The notes under the pieces were generated by a model. The model was not told where the DNA came from, made no database searches, and was given only the letters and a program-made list of their open reading frames with translations. Below, piece by piece: positions 1 through 9,282 of a stretch of DNA of 64,000 nt (positions within the stretch are counted from its first letter, which is position 1; each line of letters opens with the position of its first letter). The stretch comes from Acidimicrobiales bacterium (GTDB lineage Bacteria > Actinomycetota > Acidimicrobiia > Acidimicrobiales > Aldehydirespiratoraceae): the NCBI GenBank assembly GCA_029246685.1, contig JAQWMR010000001.1, positions 31,246-95,245 on the forward strand. The letters run 5' to 3'. Position numbers and translations under genes: made by a program.

Positions 1-288
1 GTGGGCGGCGAGAAGGCCGGGTCGTCCTACGCCGCCGGTGCGGTGGACGAAGGACGGACCGCGGACATGCTCGGCCACTCCACCATCGCCGGGCCGGCCT
101 TCCCGCAGTTCAGTCGCGTGATGGCCCAGGCCGGCGGCGACGGCGAAGAGATCGTGCAGGCGACGGTGAGCTTCGAACAGCTCCACCGCTGGGAGCCGAT
201 CTTCCCCTGGCGCGACTGGCGGGCAACCCACCAACAGCCGGTGAGCCAACTGATCGCCGACGAGTTCACCAAACTCGCCAACCAGTAG
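1..288 (+). CDS. 3' end of a gene cut by the window edge; possibly a carbon-nitrogen hydrolase (nitrilase superfamily) C-terminus
   Basis: Frame is open from the window edge to TAG 286-288. 'GHSTIAGP...GEEIVQATVSFEQL' resembles CN-hydrolase C-termini. This is a weak, memory-based call. Confidence 0.3.
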   Translation: MGGEKAGSSYAAGAVDEGRTADMLGHSTIAGPAFPQFSRVMAQAGGDGEEIVQATVSFEQLHRWEPIFPWRDWRATHQQPVSQLIADEFTKLANQ

Positions 289-318
289 ATGTAGCGGGTG
301 TCTGACACCCGCTTCATC
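288..318. repeat. Dispersed palindromic repeat, copy 1 (hairpin variant)
   Basis: GATGTAGCGGGTGTC-T-GACACCCGCTTCATC is a 15-bp inverted repeat with one mismatch. It contains the 21-bp core ATGTAGCGGGTGTCTGACACC (289-309) and fills the gap between TAG 286-288 and a minus-strand TGA at 319-321. Confidence 0.8.
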
Positions 319-586
319 TCAGCCGGTGTTGCGGAGTCCCGCGGCGACACCGTTGACCGTGAGCAGCAACGCGCGTTGGAGCCGGGCGGCGTCCGGGCTG
401 TCGGGGTCGGCGGCGCGGCGGCGCGGCGTCGGGCGAGGAGCTCCACCTGGAGCAGGTTGATCGGATCAGTCATGGCCAATCCTTTCGTGGTCGGGGGCCA
501 TGACTGAAGATGACGATGCGCCCGTGAGAATGCCGTGAAAGCGCGTGTGAAAAGGCTCAGGACGGGGCCGAGCGGTAACGTCGCCC

Positions 587-1765
587 GTGGCCTACGCACC
601 CTATGACCGGCAGTTCTACGACGCTGACAGCCACATCATGGAGATGCCGAGGTTTCTCCTGGACTACGCCGACGCGGACATCGTGGACGAGCTGAAGCCC
701 GTCAGCTACCACACGTCGATCGTCACCGACGACGAGGTCGCGACGCTCGTGGAGCAGGGCGGACACACGCCGGATCACGTCGAAGCCCAGATCGCGATGG
801 GCGATCAGCTCATCGCCCAGTCCAAGGAGATTCAGGCGCTCGGCGCCTTCGATCGTGGGGAGCGCACCGTCGCAATGGACATGCTCGGGTTCGCGAAGCA
901 GCTCGTATTCGCGACGCACAGCCCGAAGCCGATCTTCCATCCGAGCGACACGATGGAGCCCCGCCTTCGCTACGGCGCGACCCGAGCTCACAACCGGGCA
1001 ATGGGCGAGTTCTGCGCGAACGACGACCGGCTGATGGGTGTGGGCGTCGTTCCGCTGAACGAGATCGACCGGGCAATCGAGGAGCTCTACTTCGCGCTCG
1101 AGGCCGGGCTCGAAGCGATCTGGGTTCCGCACGGACTCGTCGGCGATCGATCACCAGGTCACATCGACCTCTACCCGTTCTGGGCCCGGCTCGCAGAGGC
1201 CGGTGTGCCGTTCGTCCTGCACGTCGGCGGCGCGCCACTACAGCTCCACCCGGGCTGGGCCAACACCGGCCGACCGCCGGCTCGGGACTGGCTTGGCGGC
1301 GGCGAGAACGTCCGCAGCAAGGACTACGCCGTGATGCACCACGGGCCGGAGACGTTCGTCTCGATGATGGTGCTCGATGGTGTGTTCGAGAAGTTCCCCG
1401 ACCTCCGCGGCGCGGCGGTGGAACTCGGCGCCGGGTGGGTCCCGTGGATGCTGGAACGCCTCGACCGGCTCATCCGCAGCTGGAGCAAGGTGGACCAGTA
1501 CCTCGCCGAGCTCGAGTACACGGCCACCGAAACGCTTCGCCGTCAGATGGGATTCACCCCGTTCGTCTTCGAGGACGTCGGCGGCCTGGTCGACGCCACC
1601 CATGAGGACCTGTACCTCTTCTCCAGCGACTACCCCCACACGGAGGGCGGCAAGGATCCGATCGGCCGATTCGAGAGCTCGCTCGGCGACCGCAGCGAGG
1701 CGGTCCGCAACGCCTTCTACACCGAGAACTTCCTCAAGCTCTGGCCCGACGCCCGGGTCGCGTAG
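587..1765 (+). CDS. Amidohydrolase-2 family metal-dependent hydrolase (ACMSD-like)
   Basis: 392-aa ORF with a GTG start. N-terminal 'YDADSHIME', C-terminal 'SDYPHTEG', and overall layout are typical of amidohydrolase_2 proteins. Confidence 0.65.
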   Translation: MAYAPYDRQFYDADSHIMEMPRFLLDYADADIVDELKPVSYHTSIVTDDEVATLVEQGGHTPDHVEAQIAMGDQLIAQSKEIQALGAFDRGERTVAMDMLGFAKQLVFATHSPKPIFHPSDTMEPRLRYGATRAHNRAMGEFCANDDRLMGVGVVPLNEIDRAIEELYFALEAGLEAIWVPHGLVGDRSPGHIDLYPFWARLAEAGVPFVLHVGGAPLQLHPGWANTGRPPARDWLGGGENVRSKDYAVMHHGPETFVSMMVLDGVFEKFPDLRGAAVELGAGWVPWMLERLDRLIRSWSKVDQYLAELEYTATETLRRQMGFTPFVFEDVGGLVDATHEDLYLFSSDYPHTEGGKDPIGRFESSLGDRSEAVRNAFYTENFLKLWPDARVA

Positions 1766-1767
1766 CG

Positions 1768-2571
1768 GTGAGCAGCGCGTCTCTGGATCGCCCGGCGGAC
1801 GGCGTCGCCGTCGTCACGGTCGATGCGACGGACCGAGGCGGCTTCATGTCGTGGGACGCCGTCGCCGCACTTGCCGACCGGATGGCTGAAGCTCGGGAGG
1901 GCGGTGCCCGCGTGACGGTGCTCGCGTCCGCGGGCGAGACCTACTGGTTCCAGCACGCCTGGCTGACCGATCTCCTCGCGATGATCAGTGGCGGCACGCC
2001 GACCGGGCCCGATGACGTGTGGTGGAAGGCTCTCGCCGAGCTCGCCCACACAGACGTGGTCACGATTGCCGCGATCAACGGTGACTGCTCGGGCGGAGGC
2101 GCGGAACTCGGGTGGGCGTGCGATCTACGTGTCGCGTCGGAGAACGCTTGGTTCGGTCAGCCGGAAGTACAGATCGGCCTGGCCACCGGCATTGGCGGCA
2201 CGTCGCGCCTCGCCCGGCTCATCGGCCGCACCGCCACCGCGCAGATGGTCTTCGACGGCGCGCCCGTCACCGCCCAACGGATCTACGAGCTCGGCGGCCT
2301 CAACTGCCTGACCCCCGAGGGTGAGGCGCTCGAAACGGCAGTCGCCTGGGCGACGCGGCTCGCTCAGCGACCGCACACATCGTTGGTCGCCGAGAAACAG
2401 ATGCTCAACGATGCGGACGACATGACGCTCACCGATGCGCTGCGCAACGAGCAACGACTCTTCGGCGGCACCGTCATGAGCCCCGAAGGAATCGAGCTGA
2501 TGAAGGCCACGCAGGCCCGCTTCGATGCGGGCGAGTCGGTGCGTGAGGTCTACGGCTCGCCGAACCCGTAG
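1768..2571 (+). CDS. Enoyl-CoA hydratase/isomerase (crotonase) family protein
   Basis: 'AAINGDCSGGGAELGWACDLRVAS...FGQPEVQIGL' is the crotonase oxyanion-hole region. The gene starts 3 nt after the upstream stop. Confidence 0.8.
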   Translation: MSSASLDRPADGVAVVTVDATDRGGFMSWDAVAALADRMAEAREGGARVTVLASAGETYWFQHAWLTDLLAMISGGTPTGPDDVWWKALAELAHTDVVTIAAINGDCSGGGAELGWACDLRVASENAWFGQPEVQIGLATGIGGTSRLARLIGRTATAQMVFDGAPVTAQRIYELGGLNCLTPEGEALETAVAWATRLAQRPHTSLVAEKQMLNDADDMTLTDALRNEQRLFGGTVMSPEGIELMKATQARFDAGESVREVYGSPNP

Positions 2572-2849
2572 CTGCCGACCTGGATCGCCCGCTGGGCATT
2601 GGGCGTCTCGCCCTCCACACATCGATCGCCGATGCCGTCCTGGAGCGCAGCGAAGGACTCGAGCGACGCGAGCGGGTTGTCGCCGTCGATGTCAGCGAAG
2701 TGGACGAACGTGCCGTCGTCGAGGCGGAACGTCGCGCAGCGAATCCCACCGGGATCCTTCTCCGCGAGTCCCGCGAACACGGCTTCGACGAGCTTCTGGT
2801 TCTCGTCGGCCTTGTCGTCTTGGGGTCGGTAGCGAAGGATGATGGGCAC
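2550..2849 (-). CDS. Small (99 aa) alpha/beta-barrel protein, ABM/monooxygenase-like; hypothetical
   Basis: The 246-aa track ORF has an Arg-rich, non-native-looking N-terminal part. An internal GTG at 2849 is preceded by AGGAGG. The gene is divergent from the TetR gene. Confidence 0.45.
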   Translation of the reverse strand: MPIILRYRPQDDKADENQKLVEAVFAGLAEKDPGGIRCATFRLDDGTFVHFADIDGDNPLASLESFAALQDGIGDRCVEGETPNAQRAIQVGSYGFGEP

Positions 2850-2893
2850 AGCGGTCCTCCTGGTTGTCTCGAGTTCAACACAGCGCCCGCCAC

Positions 2894-2929
2894 TTGATTC
2901 CGCGTGGACAGATTCTATAATCTGTCCAT
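2894..2929 (+). promoter_or_regulatory. tetR promoter with overlapping palindromic operator; near-leaderless
   Basis: -35 TTGATT (2894-2899), 16-nt spacer, perfect -10 TATAAT (2916-2921), ATG at 2930. Operator is TGGACAGATT-CTAT-AATCTGTCCA (2905-2928), with 10-bp perfect inverted arms spanning the -10. Confidence 0.55.
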
Positions 2930-3532
2930 ATGGAGGACCCGCAGCGTGATGCGATCGTGGACGCTGCGGAGCGCTGCTTCGAAACGATCGGCGTCGCAAA
3001 GACGACGATGCTGCAGGTTGCATCCGAAGCCGGTATCTCCCGGACCACGCTCTACAAGCGCTTCGCCGCGATCCACGACGTGCTCCAGGCCGTCTTCGTG
3101 CGCGAGTTCGACCGCTTCGAGGACCGGCTTCGGCCGGCGCTCGACCCCCTGAAAGACCCGGCGAGCCGGCTCGTCGAGATCGTCGTCGCCATCTCCGAGA
3201 ATGCGCCGGACAACGCCGGTATCGCGAGGCTCGTCGGGGGTCCGATGACCCGAGCGGAAGCCCGAGCCTTGGCGGTCGGACGCGCCGCACTCAACCGCAG
3301 AGTCGAGGCGATGATCGACGAACCGCTGGATTCCCTCGCTGCCGATGGCCGACTGGTGTCGCCCCTCCCCCGGACCGAGCTACAGGAGTGGATCCGCCGA
3401 ATCGTCACGGCGCTTGTCCAAGCCCCCCAGCCGACCCGCCGCAACGCGGCCGCCCGTCGGTCACATGTCGCCGCCCTCATCCTCCCGCTTCTCTGCGGAC
3501 CTGCCCCAACGGAGGCCCCCACCCATGCCTGA
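2930..3532 (+). CDS. TetR/AcrR family transcriptional regulator
   Basis: N-terminal HTH 'AAERCFETIGVAKTTMLQVASEAGISRTTLYKRF'. Confidence 0.85.
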   Translation: MEDPQRDAIVDAAERCFETIGVAKTTMLQVASEAGISRTTLYKRFAAIHDVLQAVFVREFDRFEDRLRPALDPLKDPASRLVEIVVAISENAPDNAGIARLVGGPMTRAEARALAVGRAALNRRVEAMIDEPLDSLAADGRLVSPLPRTELQEWIRRIVTALVQAPQPTRRNAAARRSHVAALILPLLCGPAPTEAPTHA

Positions 3533-3998
3533 GTACGCCATGCCGCCGGCGCCCACGCCCGAGCACCCGATCGACGCCCAGATGGTTCACGAGCTGTTCT
3601 CGATGTGGGACAAGGAGGTGCCAACCGCGGAGCAGATGCGGCAGTGGTTCGCCGACGATCTCGTCTTCAAGGACCCACTCCAGCGCACCGACGGGCTGCA
3701 GGCCTACTACGACATGAACCTCAAGCTGCTGAAGCAGCGCCACGACCTGAACATCGGGATGGAGGACAACGCGCAGACCGGGAACCACATCATGTTCACG
3801 TTCTCGCTCGACATGGCTCCCGTGCCCCGCTTCCCCGACAAGCGGATCTACAACCGGGGCATGACCTACGTCCGCCTCAACGACGACGGGAAGATCGAGT
3901 ACCACGAGGACCACTGGGACTTCAACACGATGTTTCTCAGCGCGTTCCCGTCGATCTTCGGACGCATCTACAAGAAGTTCGTCGGCATCTTCGCCTGA
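3525..3998 (+). CDS. SnoaL-like / NTF2-fold protein
   Basis: In-frame ATG at 3525 follows GGAGG (3511-3515) and overlaps the tetR stop. The upstream part of the track ORF is Pro/Arg-rich shadow. The C-terminal pattern '...GKIEYHEDHWDF' is typical of SnoaL-like proteins. Confidence 0.55.
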   Translation: MPEYAMPPAPTPEHPIDAQMVHELFSMWDKEVPTAEQMRQWFADDLVFKDPLQRTDGLQAYYDMNLKLLKQRHDLNIGMEDNAQTGNHIMFTFSLDMAPVPRFPDKRIYNRGMTYVRLNDDGKIEYHEDHWDFNTMFLSAFPSIFGRIYKKFVGIFA

Positions 3999-4013
3999 CA
4001 GAAAGCAGCCATC

Positions 4014-4427
4014 GTGACCAAGAGCAACCGAGATCTGGTGGTCGACAACCTCCTCGCGTTCGACCGCTTCGCCTACGACGACATCGCCGACGACTACGCG
4101 GAGGACGGCGTGCTGCACTTCATGCAGAAGGAGCCGGTCATCGGCCGCGAGGCCATCCGGGCGTTCATGAAGCAGCAGTTCGCCGCGATCAGCAACACCC
4201 GCATCGAGATCCACGAGGTCTACGAGGTGGGCGACACCGTCATTGTCGAGCGGACCGACCACTACGAGTACGAGGGGCACCCGGTGAGCTGTCCGATCTG
4301 CAACGTCACCACAATTCAGGGCGGCGAGATCGTTCTCTGGAACGAGTACTGGGACCAGAAGTTCTCGGCCGATCAGGTCGTGGCGGGCATGAAGGCCGCG
4401 AAGGCTGCTGGGGGGAGTGGCTCGTGA
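4014..4427 (+). CDS. SnoaL-like / limonene-1,2-epoxide-hydrolase-like NTF2-fold protein
   Basis: 137 aa. The '...IGREAIRAFMKQQF...VGDTVIVERTDHY...GGEIVLWNEYWD' layout is characteristic of the LEH/SnoaL fold. Confidence 0.6.
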   Translation: MTKSNRDLVVDNLLAFDRFAYDDIADDYAEDGVLHFMQKEPVIGREAIRAFMKQQFAAISNTRIEIHEVYEVGDTVIVERTDHYEYEGHPVSCPICNVTTIQGGEIVLWNEYWDQKFSADQVVAGMKAAKAAGGSGS

Positions 4428-5278
4428 CCGACCAACTCACGTGGCAGGTGGGCGACATCCGCATCACCCGGGTGCAGGAGTGGGAAGGCGCCGGGCTCCA
4501 GATGCTCGTGCCGAACGCTTCGGTCGAGAATCTGGCGCCGATCGATTGGGTGCAGCCGTTTGTCGACCACAAGGGCCGCGCGACGGCGAGCATGCACACC
4601 CTCGCTGTGGAGGTCGACGACCAGCGCATCCTCATCGACACGTGCGCCGGCAACGACAAGGACCGACCGATGATGCCGATCTGGCACATGCGCACCGGTC
4701 CGTTCCTCCAAGAGCTCGAGGAGATCGGGTTCGGCCCGGACCGAGTAGACACCGTTGTCTGCACCCACCTCCACACCGATCACGTCGGCTGGAACACTCG
4801 ACTCGTCGACGACCGCTGGATGCCGACCTTCAGCCGGGCCCGCACGCTCGTTGCCCGCGAGGAGTGGGACCACTGGCGCGAAGAGGATGCTGACGACATG
4901 CGTCAGACGCTGACCGATTCCGTGCAGCCGCTCTTCGACGCCGACCTCGTCGATCTCGTCGAGACGAACCATCAGGTCGCCGACGGGGTCACGATGCTGC
5001 CCACGCCCGGCCACACCCCCGGCCACGTCGCGGTGCTGATCGAGTCACAGGGCGAGTCGGCCGTGGTGACCGGCGATCTCGTTCACCACCCGATCCAGTT
5101 CGCCCACCCCGACTGGCGAGACATCGCCGACAGCGACGGTACCCAAGCCGAACAGACCCGCCGTGACTTCTCGACCCGGTTCGGTGACTCGCCGACGCTC
5201 GTCATCGGCACGCACTTCGGCGGCCCAACCGCCGGCCATCTCGTGCGCGACGGCGACGCCTACAGGCTGGATGTCTGA
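4424..5278 (+). CDS. MBL-fold metallo-hydrolase (lactonase-like)
   Basis: GTG at 4424 overlaps the upstream TGA (GTGA). 'VCTHLHTDHVGWN' is the HxHxDH motif, and 'PTPGHTPGH' is also present. Confidence 0.75.
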   Translation: MTDQLTWQVGDIRITRVQEWEGAGLQMLVPNASVENLAPIDWVQPFVDHKGRATASMHTLAVEVDDQRILIDTCAGNDKDRPMMPIWHMRTGPFLQELEEIGFGPDRVDTVVCTHLHTDHVGWNTRLVDDRWMPTFSRARTLVAREEWDHWREEDADDMRQTLTDSVQPLFDADLVDLVETNHQVADGVTMLPTPGHTPGHVAVLIESQGESAVVTGDLVHHPIQFAHPDWRDIADSDGTQAEQTRRDFSTRFGDSPTLVIGTHFGGPTAGHLVRDGDAYRLDV

Positions 5279-7028
5279 CATGACTTCTGCGACCGAGCCC
5301 ACCTACGACCTCATCATCCGCAACGGAACTCTCATCGACGGCCGCCGCACGCCTCGCTACCGCGCCGACGTCGGAGTCCGCGCTGGCCGGGTCGCCACGA
5401 TCGGTCGGATCACCGATGGCGCTGCCGAGCGGGAAATCGACGCGACCGGGCTCATGGTCGCCCCCGGAGTGGTCGACCTCCACACGCACTACGACAGCCA
5501 GATCTATTGGGACCCGTGGTGCGCGCTGTCGAGCGAGCACGGTGTGACCAGCGTGGTCATCGGCAATTGCGGGTTCGGCTTCGCGCCTGTTGAGCCCGAC
5601 GCGCGGGAGCGGGCGATGCTCACAATGGCTCGCAACGAGGCCGTCCCCATCGAGTGCATGCAAGAAGGCATGCCGTGGGACTGGGTGACATTCCCGGAGT
5701 TCCTCGACAGCCTCGACCGCACCCCGAAGGGCGTGAACGTCCTCTCCTATGTCGGGCTGAATCCGCTCCTCGTGTGGGTGGTCGGTTCCGTCGAGGAGGC
5801 GAAGCAGCGGTCACTCACCACCGAGGAGCGAACCGAAGCCGAACGTCTCCTCGTGGAGGCAATGGACGCCGGCGCCTGCGGCTGGTCCGCACAGCTGCTC
5901 CGCGAGGCCGGCGTGCAGCGCGACCACGACGGCACGCCGATGGTCACGGACCTCATGTCCGAGGATGACATGAACTTCTTCGCGGAGGCGCTGGGCCGCG
6001 TGGGCCGGGGCGTGATCCAGATGATCGGTCAACCACGGCTGGCGTCGAAGCTGGCCGGCCATTCGGGTCGACCGGTGATCTTCAACGTGCTCGCTCCACG
6101 AACCGACCAACACGGCGCGCCGGCCGAGGACCACGGCGAGCTGATGGAGTGGCTGGCGCGGGCAAACGGGGAAGGTCGCCGAGTGATCGCGCAGGCGCTC
6201 ACCTGCACCCAGGATTTCCAGTTCACCCTCGAGGATTGGAACCTCTTCGACGCGTCGCCCTTGTGGCGCGAGCTCACCATCGGCGATGTCGAGACGCGGA
6301 TGCAGAAGATGCGCGACCCAGAGCGACGGGCCGCGGCGCACGAGGAGTACGGATCCGGCAACGCGCCACTTGCCGGTGGAGGCACCGAGGCGCTCGACGC
6401 GCGAATCGGCGTCTCGATCGACGAGCTCACTCTCGCCTACGTCGTCGAGGCCACACCGCACCTCCGGAAGTGGGAAGGCATGACGGCCGGCGAGATCGCC
6501 ACGGCCATGGACGTCCATGCGATCGACGCCTTCCTCGACATCTCTCTCGAGTGCGACCTCAAGGCCGGCTGGCAGACCGACCCCATCGAGGTCGATGTTG
6601 AGACGATGCGGGAGATAGCGAACTGCCCCTACGCCGTGCCCGGGTTGTCCGACGGCGGCGCCCACACCAAGTTCCTCACGAACGGCACCTACCCGACCGA
6701 GTTCTTGTCGCGGTGGGTGCGCGACGAAGAGATCATGAGCCTGGAAGACGCCCACTGGCGGCTGTCGGCCTACACCGCACAAGCCGCTGGGCTCCTCGAC
6801 CGCGGCGTGATCGCGGAGGGCGCGCCCGCCGACATCGTGGTCTACGACCTCGACGAACTCGGCGTGTTGCCCGCCGAGAAGGTTGCCGACTGGCCGGGCG
6901 GCGCATGGCGACTCCACCGAGGAGCAACGGGCTGGCGCTTCACGATCGTCAATGGTGAGATCACCTTCACCGACGGCGAGTGCAGCGGGGCGACACCGGG
7001 TCAGCTGCTGCGCCACGGCCGGGCGTAG
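5271..7028 (+). CDS. N-acyl-D-amino-acid deacylase (D-aminoacylase) family amidohydrolase
   Basis: 'YDLIIRNGTLIDG...VGVRAGRVATIG...GLMVAPGVVDLHTHYD' is a typical N-terminus. The start is ATG 5271 or 5280, overlapping the upstream stop. Confidence 0.75.
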   Translation: MSDMTSATEPTYDLIIRNGTLIDGRRTPRYRADVGVRAGRVATIGRITDGAAEREIDATGLMVAPGVVDLHTHYDSQIYWDPWCALSSEHGVTSVVIGNCGFGFAPVEPDARERAMLTMARNEAVPIECMQEGMPWDWVTFPEFLDSLDRTPKGVNVLSYVGLNPLLVWVVGSVEEAKQRSLTTEERTEAERLLVEAMDAGACGWSAQLLREAGVQRDHDGTPMVTDLMSEDDMNFFAEALGRVGRGVIQMIGQPRLASKLAGHSGRPVIFNVLAPRTDQHGAPAEDHGELMEWLARANGEGRRVIAQALTCTQDFQFTLEDWNLFDASPLWRELTIGDVETRMQKMRDPERRAAAHEEYGSGNAPLAGGGTEALDARIGVSIDELTLAYVVEATPHLRKWEGMTAGEIATAMDVHAIDAFLDISLECDLKAGWQTDPIEVDVETMREIANCPYAVPGLSDGGAHTKFLTNGTYPTEFLSRWVRDEEIMSLEDAHWRLSAYTAQAAGLLDRGVIAEGAPADIVVYDLDELGVLPAEKVADWPGGAWRLHRGATGWRFTIVNGEITFTDGECSGATPGQLLRHGRA

Positions 7029-7035
7029 GAGCACC

Positions 7036-7824
7036 ATGGATCTCGGGATCGCCGGGCGAACGGCCATCGTCAACGGAGCGAGCGTCGGGCTCGGCGCGGC
7101 CAGCGCGCGAGCGCTCGCCCGCGAGGGCGTCGACCTGGTGATCTCCGCTCGCGGCGAGGACCGGCTGCTCGCGACGGCCGAGGCGATTGCCGCAGAGACC
7201 GGGGTCTCGGTGACACCCGTCGCTGCGGACCACTCGACGGACGAGGGTCGCGAACGGATCCTCGCCGCCTGCCCGAACCCGGACATCCTCGTCGGCACGT
7301 GCAGCCCGCCGCCGTGGGGCTTCGACTACCGCGACGTCACCCCGGAGGTGTGGCATCAGTACTTGGCCGAAGGGATGGTCGGACCGGCCGAGTTCATCCG
7401 CCGGACCGTGGACGGCATGGCCGAACGCGGCTTCGGCCGGATCATCAACATCGCGACAGGTGCAGCCAAGTTTCCCAACCCGGTGCGAGTGCTCTCGGGC
7501 CCGCCGCGGTCCGCTCTCGCCAACTACAGCGTGGCCGTGTCGAAGGTGGTCGCCGCTGATGGCGTCACGATCAACACCCTGCTCCCCGGCTTCCACCACA
7601 CCGCAGCAGCGCGCGAGCAGTTCGGCGCGATCGCGGAGAAGAAGGGGACGAGCTACGACGACGAGGCAGCGTTTGCGGCTGAGAAGTACGGGATCCCGGC
7701 CGGTGAGTTCGGCGACCCGGACGACTTCGGTGCGGTGTGCGCCATGTTGTGCAGCGCCCACGCCGGCTACATCACGGGTCAGAGCCTCGTCGTCGACGGC
7801 GGCGTCACGGTCGGTCTATTCTGA
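7036..7824 (+). CDS. SDR family oxidoreductase
   Basis: In-frame ATG at 7036. 'TAIVNGASVGLGAASARALAREG' is the Rossmann motif. C-terminal 'YITGQSLVVDGG'. Confidence 0.8.
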   Translation: MDLGIAGRTAIVNGASVGLGAASARALAREGVDLVISARGEDRLLATAEAIAAETGVSVTPVAADHSTDEGRERILAACPNPDILVGTCSPPPWGFDYRDVTPEVWHQYLAEGMVGPAEFIRRTVDGMAERGFGRIINIATGAAKFPNPVRVLSGPPRSALANYSVAVSKVVAADGVTINTLLPGFHHTAAAREQFGAIAEKKGTSYDDEAAFAAEKYGIPAGEFGDPDDFGAVCAMLCSAHAGYITGQSLVVDGGVTVGLF

Positions 7825-7863
7825 CCGCTGGCCCATCGCGGCCACGGCTGGGAACATGCGGGC

Positions 7864-9234
7864 ATGACTGCGGCTCAGCTCATCGACCGATTGTCCCTCG
7901 GCGCCGATCAGGCGCTCACCGGCGACGCCATCAGTGAGGACTACACCCACGACGAATGCGTGAACGTCGACGGCGTGACGCCCGCCGTGGTCCTTCGGCC
8001 CGAGTCGACCGACGAGGTGAGCCAGATCCTCTCGCTGGCAAACGAGCTGCGGGTGCCGGTGACTGCCCGCGGTGCGGGCACCGGCCTCTCAGGCGGCGCG
8101 GTGCCGAACGCCGATGGCATCCTGCTCAGCTTCGAGCGCATGGCTGCCGTCATCGAGGTCGATCCAGCGAACCATGTCGCGGTCGTGCAGCCCGGCGTCA
8201 CCCTCGGTCAGCTCGACGAGGCGCTCGCCCCTCACGGCCTCATCTATCCGATCCTGCCGGGTGAGGAGTCGGCGTCGCTCGGCGGCAACGTCGCCACCAA
8301 CGCCGGCGGCATGCGCGCCGTGAAGTACGGCGTTACCCGTCATCAGGTGCTCGGGATGGAGGCCGTGCTGCCCACCGGCGAGGTGATCCGTAGCGGCGGC
8401 AAGTTCGTGAAGTTCACCACCGGCTACGACATCGGCCAGCTCATCATCGGATCCGAGGGAACGCTCGCCGTGGTCACGGAAGCGACGCTGAAAGTCGTGC
8501 CCCGGCTGGACCACAAGGCGACGGTGATGGCACCGTTCGCAACCCTGCGAGAAGTCACCGAGGCGGTGCCGATGATCCTCCAGGCCGGGCTCGTGCCCCT
8601 CATGCTCGAGTACGTGGACGCGATGGCGATGCAAGCGACGTCCGACTCCATCGGACTGGACCTCGGCATGCCGGACGAAATCAAGGAGGGTGCGCTCGCG
8701 TACCTGCTCGTCGTTCTCGAATCGTCAGAGGACGCGCGGCTCCAGGCCGACATCGAGCGGGCCGGCGAGCTGGTCAGTGAGGCGGGCGCCATGGATGTCT
8801 ACGTGCTGCCTCCGGCCGCCGGCGGCCAGGTACTCGAAGCCCGCGAGAAGGCCTTCTGGGTTGCGAAGGAGCACGGCGCGAACGACATCATCGACGTCGT
8901 CGTCCCCCGCGCCTCGATTCCGGACTACCTCGACACCGTGGGTGGCCTCGCCGCGGAGCACGAAGCATGGGTGGCCGGGGCGGGGCATGCCGGCGACGGC
9001 AACGTCCACCTCTCCGTCTTCCAGGGCGACAACGAGAAACGGTCCGCACTCATGACAGCGATCCTCTCCGCCGGCATGGATCTCGGTGGCACCATCTCCG
9101 CAGAACACGGCATCGGCATCGCCAAGCGCGCCTACGTCCAGAAGCTCGAGGACCCCGCCAAGCTCGCCCTCATGCAGCGCATCAAAGACGCGTTCGACCC
9201 CAACGGCATCCTCAACCCCGGCAAGGTCTTCTGA
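7864..9234 (+). CDS. FAD-linked oxidase (GlcD/D-lactate dehydrogenase-like)
   Basis: 456 aa. FAD-binding region 'VPVTARGAGTGLSGGAVP' and C-terminal 'ISAEHGIG...DPNGILNPGKVF'. Confidence 0.8.
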   Translation: MTAAQLIDRLSLGADQALTGDAISEDYTHDECVNVDGVTPAVVLRPESTDEVSQILSLANELRVPVTARGAGTGLSGGAVPNADGILLSFERMAAVIEVDPANHVAVVQPGVTLGQLDEALAPHGLIYPILPGEESASLGGNVATNAGGMRAVKYGVTRHQVLGMEAVLPTGEVIRSGGKFVKFTTGYDIGQLIIGSEGTLAVVTEATLKVVPRLDHKATVMAPFATLREVTEAVPMILQAGLVPLMLEYVDAMAMQATSDSIGLDLGMPDEIKEGALAYLLVVLESSEDARLQADIERAGELVSEAGAMDVYVLPPAAGGQVLEAREKAFWVAKEHGANDIIDVVVPRASIPDYLDTVGGLAAEHEAWVAGAGHAGDGNVHLSVFQGDNEKRSALMTAILSAGMDLGGTISAEHGIGIAKRAYVQKLEDPAKLALMQRIKDAFDPNGILNPGKVF

Positions 9235-9282
9235 GATGTAGCGGGTGTCTGACACCAGATGTAGCGGTGAGCCGCATCATCT
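9235..9282. repeat. Dispersed repeat, copy 2 (direct-repeat variant plus second small hairpin)
   Basis: Core at 9236-9256, then AGATGTAGCGG, then TGAGCCGCATCATC, which can pair back. It starts 1 nt after TGA 9232-9234 and ends 1 nt before the minus-strand stop at 9283-9285. Confidence 0.8.

Noticed and set aside
319-473. Possible small minus-strand gene: ATG 473 '[17 protein letters not shown]...' and, in another frame, a coding-looking end '...[21 protein letters not shown]' stopping at 319-321 against repeat copy 1.
   Set aside because: The two parts are in different frames, the 3' part has no start codon, and I recognise no family. It could be a frameshifted small gene, but the evidence is too thin to annotate.
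298-507. Small ORFs starting 'MSDTR...' (298-507 +, 9245-9538 +, 8725-9255 -).
   Set aside because: Their start (GTG TCT GAC ACC) is the conserved core of the dispersed repeat read in either direction, so the shared peptide is an artefact of the repeat.
3605-5278. Very long track ORFs that run across several genes (3605-5278, 5163-7028, 14245-15627, 19060-20094, 19677-21134, 46298-48415, 53348-55981, 58572-60044).
   Set aside because: Only the 3' portions carry protein-family motifs and proper start contexts (SD or ATGA/GTGA coupling). The 5' portions overlap upstream genes in another frame and look like low-complexity read-through. Starts were moved to internal codons.
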